This document shows, piece after piece, positions 1 to 13,818 of a DNA stretch of 64,000 nucleotides. The stretch's first letter is position 1. Each line of letters starts with the position of its first letter. Below the pieces are notes generated by a model. It worked only from the letters and a program-made list of their open reading frames with translations, did no database searches and was not told the origin of the DNA. The stretch is from Octopus vulgaris (Eukaryota), in assembly GCA_951406725.2 (NCBI GenBank), contig OX597838.1, positions 41,416,001 to 41,480,000 of the forward strand, read 5' to 3'. A program made the position numbers and the translations under genes.

Positions 1-1429
1 CTTCTTATTGTCCTGTTCCCATTCTTAGTCAATTGATATTTCCCAATGAATTCTGTTGTGCTTCTGAACCAGAAAGGAGATCTTCAGCCAGGGAGGTGGT
101 GATTGCCATGTCAGTTGGAGGGGGGGAACCATAATAGAACCAGTTATATTGCAATCCCAGTCAATACTTAATGTCACCTGTGAACTCTACCAAACATCTG
201 GATGCCAAGAGTTGAAAGAGTCAAATCAATTGACAATAATCTCTCCTCCACAACCTGGTGGCATTGTGAGGAACCAATATAATTAAGAAGAGACAATAAT
301 AGCTGTAGCAAAATAGGTGCTGTTTCACAAGTGCAACACTGAGTCTTTCAACTTGATTTACTTTTCCTGCCCAATTAAGAAAATACTGTTTTCTGTAATA
401 AAATAACTGCATTTTAAGATATTTTCTACTTCTTTCAACAAAATACTTTATTTCAGACCAATTAGAGAGATCAGTGTCAGGATTATTCACTGCCATGCTT
501 TTACAAATCATTCACAGAGCCTCAATGTGGTGGCTTCACCTGCTAGATATAACAACCAAATCTCTCTCAAATCACTTGATTATAGGCCTGTTCAGTCAGA
601 CCTAACCTGAATTAAACAAGAGCCTGGTGCTTTTTAAGTACAATAAATACAAATTTCAGTTGTGCATCTACCAAGCGGTATGCGAAACCAACAGAAGATA
701 AAGAGGAGTGGCAGGAGGGGGCTTAAATAACAAACAACTCAATCATAACAATCAGAAATGTCTAACAACAACAACAGCATCCTTCCTTGAAGCAATTTAT
801 ACAGTAATGAGATTAATAAAGAAATAATATATGTTAATCTTTATCACGCACACATACACACACTCTGAGCAAAGTGTAAATGATTGATAGATCAAAATCA
901 GCTTCAGAAACTTTTTTTTTTTGTAACAGAAAGATGTCGCAACAAAACAATCTAAATTATTTTGTCTCAGTTTTAAAAGTAAATTCTGTAATGCAGGTTA
1001 GTTATCTAAGTTTTAATTAGTCAACCTGGGGAATTACCCATAGCTATTTTATGCTTGTCACCATTGAAACGATAAGCAAGTGGCATTAAAACAATGAAAT
1101 TCTATTTGAACAACTGCAGGTGAGTGAAGTGAAATGAAATCACACACAGGATGTAATTACAGGGTATCAAGTTTGGGGCAAAAATGCCAGGATTTAAGAT
1201 TGGTTCTGCGAAGGGGAGGATGAGTTTAGTGATGTTGGATGCAGTATGAGAATTTCAAGAGAATTGCTGGTCTTTGCTTCCTCTGGTAGATGGTCTATAT
1301 TATATCTACAAGCATGCTTTACAGTATGTTATACAGACCTATAGATATGTTCTGTAGTTCACTATAGCAAGAAAACTGTATCCAGTCGGCTGCACAATAT
1401 TTTCAAGCTTATCTGAATCTAGACATGCA

Positions 1430-1795
1430 TCATTACCATTTTAATGTCCACTTTTCCAGGTTTGCATGGAGTTTGCTGAGGCAGATTTTCTATAGCTGGA
1501 TGCCTTTCCTGTCATCAACTATCAACCATTTCCAAGTACAGTAATATTTCCTCACATGGTCAGTTAGGTTCTCACAGAATATTGGAAATAAATGACACCG
1601 CTTGTTATGACAGTGAATTTGCAATAATCATACAATGTCTCACACACACACACGCTTGGGCTTCTTTTCGTTTCTGTTCACCAAATCCACTCACAAAGCT
1701 TGAGTCATCACAGGGATCTAGTGGCATGCAGTGGGATTGGACCCAAAACCCTGTGGCTGGAAAGCAAACTTCTTTACCACAGTCACGCCTGTACA
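1430..1795 (-). mobile_element. Decayed composite SINE (tRNA-like head, central domain, RTE-type tail)
   Basis: Reverse complement of the GCTGTGTGGTAAG head / GCCTTGTGAGTGGATTTGG core, joined to the AGGCATCCAGC...GGACATTAAA tail. Similar old copies at ~7270-7622(-), 16238-16545(-), 44160-44530(+), 44890-45160(-), 47683-48030(+). Confidence 0.7.
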
Positions 1796-2299
1796 TGAAT
1801 CTATATTCATATTATCCATACTAACTCATTGTATAAACTTTCTAAACAAAAATAGGACACAACTGAATATCATTAACCATTTGTCCTAAATTCTGCACAA
1901 ATCTTGTTATAACATTCAAGAAAACACATGATTTCACTCTGTAAACAAGGTCTGGCATGATATCTGAATTCTAGGAAGTTTTAGAAATTTTTTGCCCAGA
2001 TTTTTTACTCAATTTTCTGATTTTTTTAACTCCAGTTTTATGTCAAGCAGTGATTCTGAATTAGAAGTTTTGAAAGAAAACCTGGAAAAATCTCGTAAAA
2101 TATACAGCGAACATATAAACTGTGATAATGAATTTTGATTCCAAAAATAAAACAAATGGTTTTAAGTTCTAATAACGATAAAGAAAAGGAATTTGAACCT
2201 AAATTTGAAAACTGCTTTCCTTAAAGATTTTCTGGAAGAGACTGGACCTAATCGGTCTTTCCTAAGAAACTGATAAATGGAATATACAAGAATTTATTA

Positions 2300-4200
2300 T
2301 TAATCACAACAATTGTTTCAACACATCTAGCATCAATTCCTCATGGGTGAGACACACAACAACTGGTTCAGGAGCATCCAGCGGTGCAGATGTATCCCAC
2401 TGGGTGATAAATACAACTCATTAAAATAACAGTTCCACAATGTAACTTCTCGTTTTGTAGAAAGAAAAGCAACCAGATGGAGGTTGATATAGAAGATCAA
2501 AAATAAAATCACAGATTGGAAAAAAAGAGAAACGAACACACAACCCAGTGAGAAAAGTATTAAAAATAACAAAAATGGATGTATAAATGTCCTTGGGCAA
2601 GCTGCATGGTGCGAGTAAGCATCCGCGAAAATGTGAGCATACGCACATGTGAGGTTTGGTACACCCACGAACACAAAGTGAGTTAACTATTTACTTGGTG
2701 TTTATAAGAATGTGGAGGTTAAAAGTAAACTTAAGTCATCCATACCTTAAAGTAAATTATGTTAACAAATACTCAAAATTCGCTCCTACTGCATTTTGCT
2801 AAAGTACATTTATATGCATGTAGGCATCTTGAATCATTCAGAAATTCCATGAATGGTCTTCTCATTAGTCCACAGAATAGACATGGATTCCTTGGAGCGG
2901 AGGCCGCGTCTCCTGGAAATTATATTGTATGGCTTCGCATACCTTACAATGGACTAAGTTATGCTGTACTTTATTTTATCCTCCTTCAGTCGCCATACAA
3001 AATCAGTCAGAGATTTTGAATGTCTCTTATTGATTTCTTAAAGTTGGCAACATGGTTACGATAACGATTTTTAAATGAATCAGCCGTCTTCCTTGCATGC
3101 ACAGTACATTTATATACAAGATTTGTACTCATACAGAGACTCATCAATGGACATTTTGATTTTTCCCTGCATGAGCATTTATCGTATTTGTGTATAAGGC
3201 AGTCCTGACTCCATGTTAGCTGTATCCTAAATATTTCTACTACTCCCATTTGGTCATAATTGGTGTTTTATCATTGTGGTTTACATCTCCTTGGTTGGTA
3301 TTTAGATGCAAATGTTTGCTAGAACCAGGAGGTGGGTTATTGGACCTTTACCGCATTTTGCTATTGTTTATGCAATGCATAAGCTGCTCTAAATTAGCAG
3401 AGCTGGCATAAAATACCTTCATGGTGTGCCAATTAAAAATAGCATGGTACCAATTAGATTTAGGAAAATATTTGCCCAAAGCAGCAAAAAATTGTCCAGC
3501 AATCTTGGTTGAAACATGCGAATTGAAAATCAGGTTGAACCAGAGGACATGCTGATTCCTATATCTGTTGTTAGGCTTATTTGATCGAATGTGTTTTACA
3601 GGATTGGAACAAGCAGTTGGATTAGCATATCGCGTGTGTCTATGAGTTTTCCTTGGTAGTTCATTGACATGACCAATTCTTCCTGGCCTGTATTATCTGA
3701 GTGAGTTCTCAAACTGTTGTGGTGGTGTACAATGTATATTACAATTGGAGGAATTACCAGTGTTGTGTATATATTGAATTTTTTCACGGTACCCAGCCCT
3801 AGTTAGAGCAGCCTTATAATAAGTTGCATGTGATTCAAAAATTTTATTATTAGCAGATAATCTAGAGATTCTTGTAGAAATAGTCTTAACTAGTCCCCAT
3901 ATAATCGATGGTGGATGGTTGGATGCCACATTAATGTACTTAATATGATTATTTGGCTTACGAAATGATTCAAATAATCCAGCATCAAGACAGAAGGGAG
4001 TGTCAAGAAAATTCACTCTATGATAATCTTTACTCATAGTAATGATTAGTCCTAAATTTTTGAAAAGTCTAAAGAAATTTTTCCTATGCCTTTCTAATTG
4101 TACTTTGCTAATTCTGTCCAGAAAAAATAAGGTGTCATCTCTAGAACCCCTGTTACTTCCAGAAAGGAAGACTGGATTAATATATGTATATTGAATCAGA
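2300..4200 (-). mobile_element. Decayed, 5'-truncated Penelope-like retroelement (RT + GIY-YIG endonuclease), Naiad/Neptune-like
   Basis: Minus-strand peptides: RT SRDD...VNFLD...FRKPNNHIKYINVASNHPPSI (3693-4200); linker VLWFNLIFNSHVSTKIAGQF..KYFPKSNWYHAIFNWHTMKVFYAS (~3400-3560); GIY-YIG region CSCREKSKCPLMSLC..LVYKCTV..TADSFKNRYRNH and LTDFVWRLKEDKIKYSIT*SIVRYAKPYN (~2800-3200). Contains frameshifts and stops. Confidence 0.9.
2304..2350 (-). ncRNA. Degenerate minimal type I hammerhead ribozyme at the 3' end of the Penelope-like element
   Basis: Minus strand reads TCAC-CCATGAG-(stem II, decayed)-GAAAC-AATT-GTT-GTGA. Stem I is TCAC/GTGA and stem III is the palindrome ACAATTGT; the CUGAUGA box is mutated. 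Confidence 0.55.
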
Positions 4201-6215
4201 AGGGCCCTGAAAACAAGGCAACCATCTGCAATTCCAAGTACATGTAGCAACACAGTTCAGAGCAAGTTATACATAGAAGAAAATAACTGTTGGGGAAAAA
4301 AATAACTAAAGCCTGCCAAACAGATACCCCACTGAAATCAGCCCATCTCCAGAAATAAGAGAAATATTGATGGTCACAAAAAACAGTACAAAAAATGTCT
4401 AGATGAGAAAAAGAAAGTTGCCAGTGGACGGTCAAATGAAACAACTTCCCAGTTGGCATTCTGCAAAGTCAGATGATGTAGAGTAGGAAGGAACGGGAGT
4501 TTCTACGATTGAAATGTTGTACTATATGTGGGAGTGTGTATAATTTGATCTTATACTTTTTTTTCTTTTTACCTCATTTTAATTTTTTTTTATTTACCTG
4601 AAACAGATTTTTATTAATTTGTATTGTGAATCATTATTATATAGGTTTCTGTGTATTTATGTTTGCATATGTGTGTTTATTTCATTTTCTAGTTTTCTTC
4701 AAAGATAAATTCCAATATTTTGTTCTATTTTATTATGGTAACCCATATCCTATGTGCATAAAATTCATCTGATAATCTCGTAATGCACGCAATTCTTCTA
4801 ACAAAACTTATGCAAAGATTTGGTTAAGAACTTTTAGTCAAATCGTGTTCCAAAAGTCACATAAAGGCCAATGAATAAATAAGAGTTGTTTTATGAAAGT
4901 AGCCTAAATTCACAATTTTATAATTTAACCAAAACACATATTTTGTTTAGAAATATAACAAAAGAGTTGAAGTTTTTAATTTTGTAAAAACTGTTGATAC
5001 AAATGTCCACATATGAAAGGGAAACACATGCCTACACAAAGAGCCACTATGTGGTCATTTGACTTCTAGAAATAGCAGCAAAATCTCTCAAATCTTAGAA
5101 AATGCAAGGCAGAAACATTGATGAATGGAGTTGCTTATATACAAAGGATGGTCGTGGCTGGACCTTCTTTAATCATAGGTGTTTGACCAGGGCAAAACAG
5201 AACAAAAGCCGGCACAAGAGCAGATCTCAATTGCTTTACGCTCACATCTGGTTATGTAGCAATTACTGAGTGACTTTAAGATATGTTGCAGTTTTCTCAA
5301 CACAGAGGTAGCAGACAAAACGTTTATAAGGCAACCCACAGATGTTGCAAACCAAATAATGCCAAATAATGAGCTGCGGTGGTACCACCAAGTGCATTCT
5401 GTTATGCAGTATGGCCATAGAGGAAGCAATCTGGTGATAAAGACAAGTGGGGGTCTATTGTCCAGTTTCTTTTTGTGTTTTATACAAAATTTGGCTGGTT
5501 GCCACAGCTAAGATGAAGACAAAAGACTTGGCGCAGAGATTCCTTAGAGCAGGTATTAGAATAGGTGAGGATCGGTTAATGGCCACTGAGGTGTGTGGGC
5601 AGGTGTGTAGTAAGGAATCTGTTCTTTACCACACACATGCTTAACCACGTACTTATCTAAGTTTTATTATTAGTATTATCACTATATGATAATTAGTAAC
5701 ATAAAAATGAACGAATAAAACAAAGCAAACTCAATGAGAAATGCTTTCAGGAGACTTTTATAGATTTCTCTAAAATGTTACTAATTGTATATTAGTGCTG
5801 CTGCTGCTACTACTACTACTACTAGTAGTAGTAGTACCACCACCGATGACAAAACAGGTTTTATCAAGTAACTGCTAGGTAATTGACAAAAAGCTAAAAA
5901 TAAAACTGTTCACAGGTTTGTTTGGTTTGTTTTTTTTGTTGTTGGAATTTTTTTTTCTTCCTTGAACCTCAGTAAATAAAATTCTAAACTGAATTGTCAT
6001 GCTAGATTTTAAAAAAATAATAATTCTATTCTAATAGATTTTATTTCCTTTTCAAAACAAAATATTTTGTTTCAGGAACCAAACACACCATAAATGTTCT
6101 TTGTCTCAATAAACGGACGTTGCTCTTCTGAATAAAATTCTTTACAAAAACACTAAAGCATATCAAGTTTGCTCTTGATACAAAAACAATCCTTCTCAGT
6201 AAAATACCATTTTAA

Positions 6216-6430
6216 CCCCTTTTATATCAACCCACCAGAAAATGTCCCTGGTTCTAGGATACAACTTCCAGCTTTAAATTGATCCGAATTAAAATCTTCT
6301 GTCAAAATTTAATTTATGTTTTAAACACCAGTTTATTTTCGAAAATAATCAAGAATTTATCAAAATGCTTTTGTCATCATTAACTGGAACCATAACATTG
6401 TATTTCAACTGAAATATGGTAAGAAAAGGG
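6216..6430. mobile_element. Decayed piggyBac-like MITE
   Basis: TTAA-CCCCTTT ... AAAAGGG-TTCA ends; interior resembles the 31076-31272 copy. Confidence 0.6.
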
Positions 6431-8019
6431 TTCAATCATAATTGTGGGTTAGCCAGTGATTAGAGTGCTTTACAGTAAGTGTCTTAGGTTCAAAAGACCA
6501 AACGAGCCATGGTCTACTGTCCATGTAGTGTTAAATACATACCAGTACAAAAGAGCAATCAGAAAAGATACTCTTTAGTCTTGTAGGGGACAAACTCTAG
6601 TGTCTGTGGTACAATAGAATACACAATCTATTTGTCAGTAACAGGATACTGGTAAATCTTATACTCGGTGTCTCATGAAATGAATTAAAGTGTTAGTAGT
6701 GGGTGAATATTTGACTTTTACACTCAATCATTGCAGAAGGGAACTTGGTTTTAGATAAAAGATATGGGTTGAGGCAGCAAGGAATTCCTTACATTATTTT
6801 ATTAATTTCAAATGCCACAAAAACAAAAAAGAGAAAGAAAGAAAATGCAAATCAGTTGCTTATTCTACATCAATAAACATTAATATTCTAGGATGGATTC
6901 ACACAGCTAAAACTTCAGTCTTTAAAGAAATCTCCTCAGACCATCAACCACTAAAGAAGAAACCCCAATAGAAAAACTGAAAATGCTAGAAATGTCAGCC
7001 AAAAGTCCTCAAAGTAGAAACATCTTTAAAAACAACAGAAAAGAGGTATAGGATAGTTTAGTCTGAGATGTATTATGTCTGCAAAGAAAGGCTGGTCATG
7101 GTTAGAATCGCATGAAACCAGGGTTTACTTGAAGCTCAACATCAATAATATAATTACCAGAGAATCTAGTGCATATTTCCAAAGTACAGACAACAAATCA
7201 GATGCCCTCCGTGAACACAAAATGCTTCCAGCCAATGCAAAAGCCATCACAAGTCTCACTGTACATCCTCATAATTAATGTCTGTTCTTCCATACTTGCA
7301 TGGGTCAGACAATCTGTTGACGTGGATTTTTTATAGCTGGATGCTCTTCCTGTTACCAACAAGTTTTATAGAGAAGACTGGAAGCAAACAACCTCACCTG
7401 TAAGATGGTAATGCTCATTTACAACCATCACAGAATGGCTAGACAAGGGTACAACACACACACAGCTTCCACACAGTTTCTAAATCTCTCAAATTCACTC
7501 ACAAGTTTTTGGTCAGCCTGGAGCTATAGATGACACTTGCCAAAAGGTGCCACACAGTAGGACTGAACCCAAATCACATACTTGGGAAGCAAGATTCTTA
7601 ACCACACAGCCATGCTTGTGCCTATATATTAATAAATATAGCAGAGTGAAATGTGTTTAATGAGTTTTAAACTATTGCTGTGGAATAATATATTCACCCA
7701 AAACAAAATGGGGCATCAAAATGAAATCCCCAGATTCCAGTTAACCAGTCATGCTCTGCTTAATCTCACTACCCACCCAAGAAAACAATAAATTAGACCT
7801 CCACAATAAATTTACAGGTGAATAAATAAATTGGCAAATTTACATAAGGGGAACTAAGGGAAATAACTCAAAGTTGGCCAATGGTATGACTTCAGATAAG
7901 TTCAGGTAAGCAGAAATATGTTGAAGGATGTCCACAGAAAAATTATTTCTTCATTGAAGACAAAACAATAAAGAAAATGCAAATTCATTAAGAATTGTTT
8001 CATTATCTTAATATCTTCT

Positions 8020-8290
8020 ATGTTTTACTTGTTTCATTCATTAGACTGTGGCCATGCTGGGGCACAGTCATGAAGAATCTTTAGTCAAATAAATCAATCG
8101 CAGGACTCATCTTTTTAACCCTGGTGCTTCTTCCATCGGTCTCTTTTGCCAAACAAGTAAGTTATGGGGACAAAGATACAAAAACACACATACACACGAA
8201 GGGCTTCTCTCAGTTTCCATCTAGCAAATCCACTCAAGGCTTTGGTCAGCCTGAGGATACAGTAGAAGACACTTTCCCAAGATGTGGTTG
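8020..8290 (-). mobile_element. Partial SINE family A copy
   Basis: Reverse complement of the tail ...CAGCATGGCCACAGTC..TGAAACAAGTAAAA and of the central GGATTTG..GAAACTG..AGAAGCCC motif. Confidence 0.7.
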
Positions 8291-8774
8291 GGGAACAAAC
8301 GGCTTGCCACACCTACACACCGGGCGTCAATAGCTATTTTGCACATTGCTGCAAGTTTGAAAAGTAACACATCATGGGAACAAAGCAAATCAGTCTGTTT
8401 ACATCAGAGATGGAAACAGAAAGAAAAGAGTATATGACTGACAGAGAGAGAAGAAATAGAGATAAAGAGGAAAAAACATTGGTGAAAGAGAGAGAGAGAG
8501 AGAGTGGGGGTGAGGGAGGAGGCGAAAGAGAGAAAAAATAGGGCAAGCAAGTGTAAAGACAAATTTGCATGTGATTACTTAGTTGCAATAGCTCACTATT
8601 AAATGGATGGAGATGATAATTGATGCTGATATCTACACTGTACTGTCTGCCATGTGAGCCTCTCCAGTCTACCTACCTACCAAGCACACAACAGAGAGAG
8701 GAGGAGGAGGAGGAGACAGCAATAGCTTATATACACATATCTACACACAACATATAGTCACACACACACACGCC

Positions 8775-8806
<32 letters not shown>

Positions 8807-10194
8807 TTCATACACAGAAACAGAGACAGAGAGAGAAAGAGAGAGAGAAGAGGACATGTAAAATGAGTCATAATCAGCAATATCATTCTAAGTCAATGAA
8901 GCACACAGATTTGTTACTAAGGTACAGAAATACTGCTGAAATGAAACTCTGGCTTGATTGGTTGCTTGTGCTTCAGAAAGCTTTCGTTTGCTTATTTTCT
9001 TCAATGATTGACTACAAAGCTATGGCTCTATCTCCATTGCTATCTGTATTTATTATCTTTAAAAAAGAAAGGAAAGAAAGAAACATTATCGTTGTTGTTA
9101 TCAGAGCAACAGGCAAGATACTTTGTACAATTTAGTTATGTCCCTTTATGTTTCCAAGTTCAAATCCTGCCAATGTCAACTGCTTTTGTCCCCAAAGGGA
9201 GGGGCACATATTAGCCAGTCGAGTAAAGTCCAAAATTCCTGGCCTTGAGTGAAGGGCTAGGTGCTGCCCTCTAGTGAGTATAACTAAAGGTGAACAAGAG
9301 CAACAACACTCAAAGGCCTACATTAAATACACCAAACTAGCTTAGATGGTCTTATCCCTCTGTTTGGAGAACTTATTAAAATTTTTGCTTTTCTTGACTT
9401 ACTTTAATTCAATGTACACTCCCAAACCCTACTTTTAGTGTTTAGAGTTCATCCCCAAATTGTTCCTGAATGTTTTGGGTCCTTGTCACTCATAAAAAAT
9501 CATCATGACATTGCATAATTGGGTTTCAGTTCTAGTGCATGGCACCTCAGGCAAGCGTCTGCCACAGCCTCAGACCCTGCAATGCTTTGAGAGTGAATTT
9601 GACAGACAGAAACTGTGGCAGCCCATCATCTCTATGTCATCTATGTATCATATTTCAGTAGATACATCACTAAGCCAGTTACCTTGGTAACCTGTCTTGT
9701 GCATGTGCTGTGCTAAAAATACAAACATGAGAGGAGGGGCAGAAAAAAAAAAATCAACCCAGCAGTGGACAGCAAGAATGCCACATGCATTTTGCCCATT
9801 TTTGGTTGTTTTCAATGACATGGACTTGCAGACAGCCAAATGCTTGGATGAGAATTTGTCACCTCCAGATATAACAAACTGGGAATGAAATATTCACTGA
9901 TGTTGCAAATAGTCATTCAGTTGAATAAAAATCCAGCATGTGCAATGGTGGTAGTATCAAAATGGCCATTTCTGTGTGTCTTATTGCATTTGTACCCACA
10001 GCTTGATAATTAGTGTTGGTTTGTTTACAACCCTAGAACATAGTAGTTTGGCAAAAGAGACCAAAAGTTTCAGTACCAGACTTAAAATAAGTACAGGGCT
10101 CAATTTGTTCAACTAAACCCCATGGTGGCCACCACAGTCTAATGACTGAAACAAGTAGAAGAAGAAAAAGGCAGCTGTCATAACCCTTTCTACT

Positions 10195-10760
10195 AAAGGC
10201 ACAAGGCCTGAAATTTTGAGGGAGGGAAGTAGTTGATTATATCGACCCCAGTGCACAACTGGTACTTATTTTATATCAACCTTGAAATAATGAAAGGTGA
10301 GGCTGAACTAAATGGAATTTGAATCTGGAATGTGAAGACGGACAAAATACTGCTAAGCATTTTGTCTAACATGCTAACGATTCTGCCAGCTTGCTGCTGC
10401 CTTAAAGACAGCTGCCATAACGAAAGGATAAAATGGTAAAGTATTAACAGTAATGTCTGATGTTCTGAGTTCAAATCCCACCAAAGGCAACTTTACCTTT
10501 CACCCTCCCAGGATAGTACCAGTTGTGTACTAAACATGAACAAGAGGATCCACATAATTGCTCCTCTCAAATTTGTAGCCTCATGTCTGGTAGAAGCATT
10601 AGAGCATCAGCTGAAATTATTAATGTCATCCCAATGCTTTAAGCTCTCAGTTCAAATCCTACTGAAGTCAAATTTGGCCTTTCATCCCTCCAGGGTCAAT
10701 AGAGTACCAGACAAACCCTATCCCTCCTCACAAAATTCCAAGCTTTTGGGCCTAAATTAA
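10195..10760. mobile_element. Cluster of old CORE/MIR-like SINE fragments in both orientations
   Basis: GGCACAAGGCC...ATCGACCCCAG...GGATGAAAGG...GGAATTTGAA motif, recurring at 46612-47250, 54165-54340, 40280-40390 and 57195-57290. Confidence 0.55.
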
Positions 10761-10944
10761 AACAAGTTACTATGCAATGGACTGGCCAATGAAAGGTTCA
10801 ACTAAACACCTTACTGTCTATAGTTAGGGTCTTCTGTATTCCCAGTTCAAATTCTGCTGGAATTCATAAAATAAGGAAGTACTGGAATGGATTAAATTTG
10901 ATAGGTTTCTCTCTTGTCAAATTTCTATCCTTGTATCAATTATC

Positions 10945-11460
10945 CTTTAATATCTGTATTCCATGCAGGATAGGTCTGACTGTTTGATAGGGGCTAATGA
11001 ACCAGAGGACTACACCAACCCTGGATGCCCTTCCTAAAACTAATCACTTTGCTGTGGCACTTGTGTGGTTAAGAGGGTAACTTGCAAGACCAGACCCCTC
11101 AACTGAGGTGGGTGTGGTATAGATGGTGGCGACTTTAGCCAAGTGACCAAAGGCTAAAGTGTGAGGGGAAACGAACAGGTGTCATGCTGTAGGGGAGATA
11201 TGTGGCTATCCAGTTGGAAGAGAAGGAGTGGTGGAGATGTGTCAGGGTGTAGCCTCAAGTTAGAGGAAGGTGTGTATAAGAGATCCAGAAGATTGGACAA
11301 GGTGAGTGGGTAGGTAAGTAAATTTGCAAGAGTGTAGGAGGAGAGTGGCAGGTGGAGAGAGATGTAAGAAATTATTAAGGCAGTGGCGTGGCAGCAAAGT
11401 AACATGGCTGGTGGTACTTAGTTTAGTTTCTGCCACAGTTCCATTCACGTTAGTGTAGGA
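10945..11460 (-). mobile_element. RTE LINE 3' UTR fragment
   Basis: Reverse complement resembles the 13210-13818 and 29725-30063 RTE-type 3' regions (GGATGCCCTTCCTAA, CTTGCAAGAC). Confidence 0.5.
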
Positions 11461-11510
11461 AGGGTGAGAAAATAATCATTAATATGTTTGATATCATTTA
11501 TCACTAACAC

Positions 11511-11640
11511 CTGCAGGTTTTCTGTGCAGCAGGAACAATAACGCATCATGCTGAACTGTAAGGTATCCCAACAGATAAACTACTTCCCAGTTAGATTAAC
11601 TCAAATAGTGCAGCCAAGGTGTTCCATATCTATTAAAAAC
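11511..11640 (-). other. Candidate internal exon of a minus-strand gene (5' UTR, possibly ending in a start MMRYCSCCTENLQ)
   Basis: Acceptor TTTTTCTTTCCCCAG|G at 11640; donor CAG|GTGTTA at 11511 (alternative GT|GTTAGT at 11509). All frames are closed from the acceptor. ATG at 11549 runs 13 codons to a phase-0 donor. Confidence 0.35.
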
Positions 11641-11859
11641 CTGGGGAAAGAAAAATCATCTAATTAAAATATTTAGGTGAGATTCGTTTTAGCGAATGGC
11701 TTGTTTAGTCCAAGATCAGTCTTGATCCTGCAGACTAAAGATCAAAGATATTCCAGCCTTGATGAGGAGTCTGTCTATTATTAGCGCAAAGTGTACTTCC
11801 TTTAAGATAATAGCATGCGATTTGAGGGAGATTTGACTATTTGTAGTCAAACAAACTAG

Positions 11860-12010
11860 CACTCGGTTGGTTATGAGCAGAACAGCCTGCTCGTGAAATT
11901 AATGTGCAAGTGGCTGAGCACTCCACAGACACGCATACCCTTAATGTAGCTCTCAGGGAGATTCAGCATAACACAGAATGTGACATGGCTGGCCCTTTAA
12001 ATTATAGGTG
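11860..12010 (-). mobile_element. SINE central-domain fragment (family C)
   Basis: AACAGCCTGCTCGTGAAATTAA..TGGCTGAGCACTCCACAGACAC matches 63370-63500. Confidence 0.75.
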
Positions 12011-12164
12011 AATGGACTGTGCAGATACCCTGAGGCCACTGCTACACAACCTACTTTCTTGCTCACCAAAGAATCTGCTCCTTCATCAAGTGCACCAACT
12101 TGCTTTGCTGTTTTGTCTCAAGTCTAACTACAATGCTATTAACTCTTCATTTGAATGTGAAATA

Positions 12165-13818
12165 ATAAGAGAAGCAGGGGAATCATGGGTAGGTTATCAG
12201 ATAAGGTCACTTTCATGCATGGCAGATGCACAGGAACAATAAGCACTAAGGGCCACTCTCTCGTATGACCAAAAGGCTCTCGAGGTAGTAGATAGTTTCT
12301 GCAATTTAGGTGACCAAATTAGTAATGGTGGTGGATGATCTGAAAGTATTGTTTCCAGAATAAGAATAGGATGGAGGAAGTTCAGAGAGCTCCCACCTGT
12401 GTTGGCAGCAAAAGGACTCTCAGAGTGAAAGGTAGATAGTAGTATGCTTGTGGAGAACGCCTATGTTGCATGGTAGTGAGACATGGACTCTGACTGCGGA
12501 GGAGGACATGCCTAGACTGGAGAGGAATGAAGGTAGTACGCTCAGTTGGATCTGCAATATCAGTGCACATGACTGACAAAGCACAACTGAGTTGAGAGAA
12601 AAAGTCAGGCAAAAGAGGGATTAAATATGGTATGCAGGAGAGAAGAATGCATTGGTTTGGACTTGCGATACGTATGAGTGAAGACAGCTGTATACGGAAG
12701 TGACTGGTACCTGTGGAAGAGGGAGGCCCAGGAAGACATGGGATGAAGTGGAGAGGACTGATCTTAGGATGTTGGGACTCACGGAGGAAATGACAATAGA
12801 CCAAGATGTTTGGTGATATGAGGTTCTAGAGAAGACCTGTCAACACGAAACTGTGTGTTAGAATAGTTGTATCCTACCCACATGTAACCACAGACTTTTC
12901 ACCCACTCAACCCTAAGAAACCAAACTACTACAACTCTTCTAAACTGCCTCTTTCTCTTCCTCACATTTCCTCTTCATGAACTATGATCATCTTCCAATC
13001 GCCATTCTTGCCCTCACTGCCCTGCTCACTGTATTACTGTTCCTCCCACCCACAACACATTTTTCTAACCAGGTTCTATGCTCAAATCCTTGTTACTCAT
13101 GAGTATACCCTAGCACTACACCACACCATCTCTCTTTTGCTCTGTTTCCTATTCCCTCGCTCTTACCCTTGGTCACTCTCTCTCTCTCTCCTTCTCTTGT
13201 TTTTCCTTTGACTAGGTAACCAAGTATCTCCTTTACGTCAACACACTTGTTTCTGGCTGCTGTCTTGCACCTCTCTCTCACTGGGTAACCATGTACCTCT
13301 TCTGTAGCAAGACACCTATTTCTGCTTCTCTATTTCTCTGTTGCACTCTAACCTTTCATCATTTGATACTGGATCACTTCCTTTAATGCCCCCTGTTGTG
13401 GCAAGACACCTGTTTCTGCCTCTCTGTCAAACCAACCTTTCATCCTCTGACACAAGTTCCCCTCTTCAAGTGTCCCTGCCCCACTCATAATTCCTTGTCT
13501 TGCGAGTTACTTGGTTAACCTGCCAGTGCTGGTGTCACATTAAAAGCCTCCAATCCACATTGTAACATGGTTGGCATTTGGAAGGGCATCCAGCAGTAAA
13601 ATTCATGCCAAAAACTAACTTCACCTGTGCTAGTGCCTCATAGAAAGCACACTGAGTCCACTCTGTAGAGTGGTTTATGTTAGGAAGGGTATCCAGCCAT
13701 AAAATCCCTGCCAAAACAGATACAGTAGCCTAGGGTAGTTTTTCTACCTGACTGGCTCCGGTCAACTGTCCTATCCATGCATAGACGATGGACATTAAAC
13801 AATGATGATGATGATGAT
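12165..13818 (+). mobile_element. 5'-truncated decayed RTE-clade LINE (RT C-terminus, 3' UTR, (GAT)n tail)
   Basis: Translates to LEVVDSFCNLGDQISNGGG*SESIVSRIRIGWRKFRELP..RVKGR..MLHGSETW..RLERNE..LREK..QERRMHWFGL, typical of the RTE RT C-terminus. Ends GGACATTAAACAATGATGATGATGATGA. Confidence 0.85.

Noticed and set aside
221-511. 96-aa minus-strand ORF
   Set aside because: No recognisable motif or convincing splice sites.
1021-1125. Plus-strand donor CAG|GTGAGT at 1119/1120
   Set aside because: Isolated, with a weak acceptor and no partner exons.
2040-2140. Short plus ORF MSSSDSELEVLKENLEK...
   Set aside because: Only ~32 codons; may be a transposase N-terminal relic but cannot be supported.
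9683-9712. Possible 30-nt minus micro-exon (HSTCTRQVTK; TTTTTAG|...AAG|GTAACT)
   Set aside because: Plausible signals, but adjacent to a decayed SINE and such matches arise by chance; needs RNA data.
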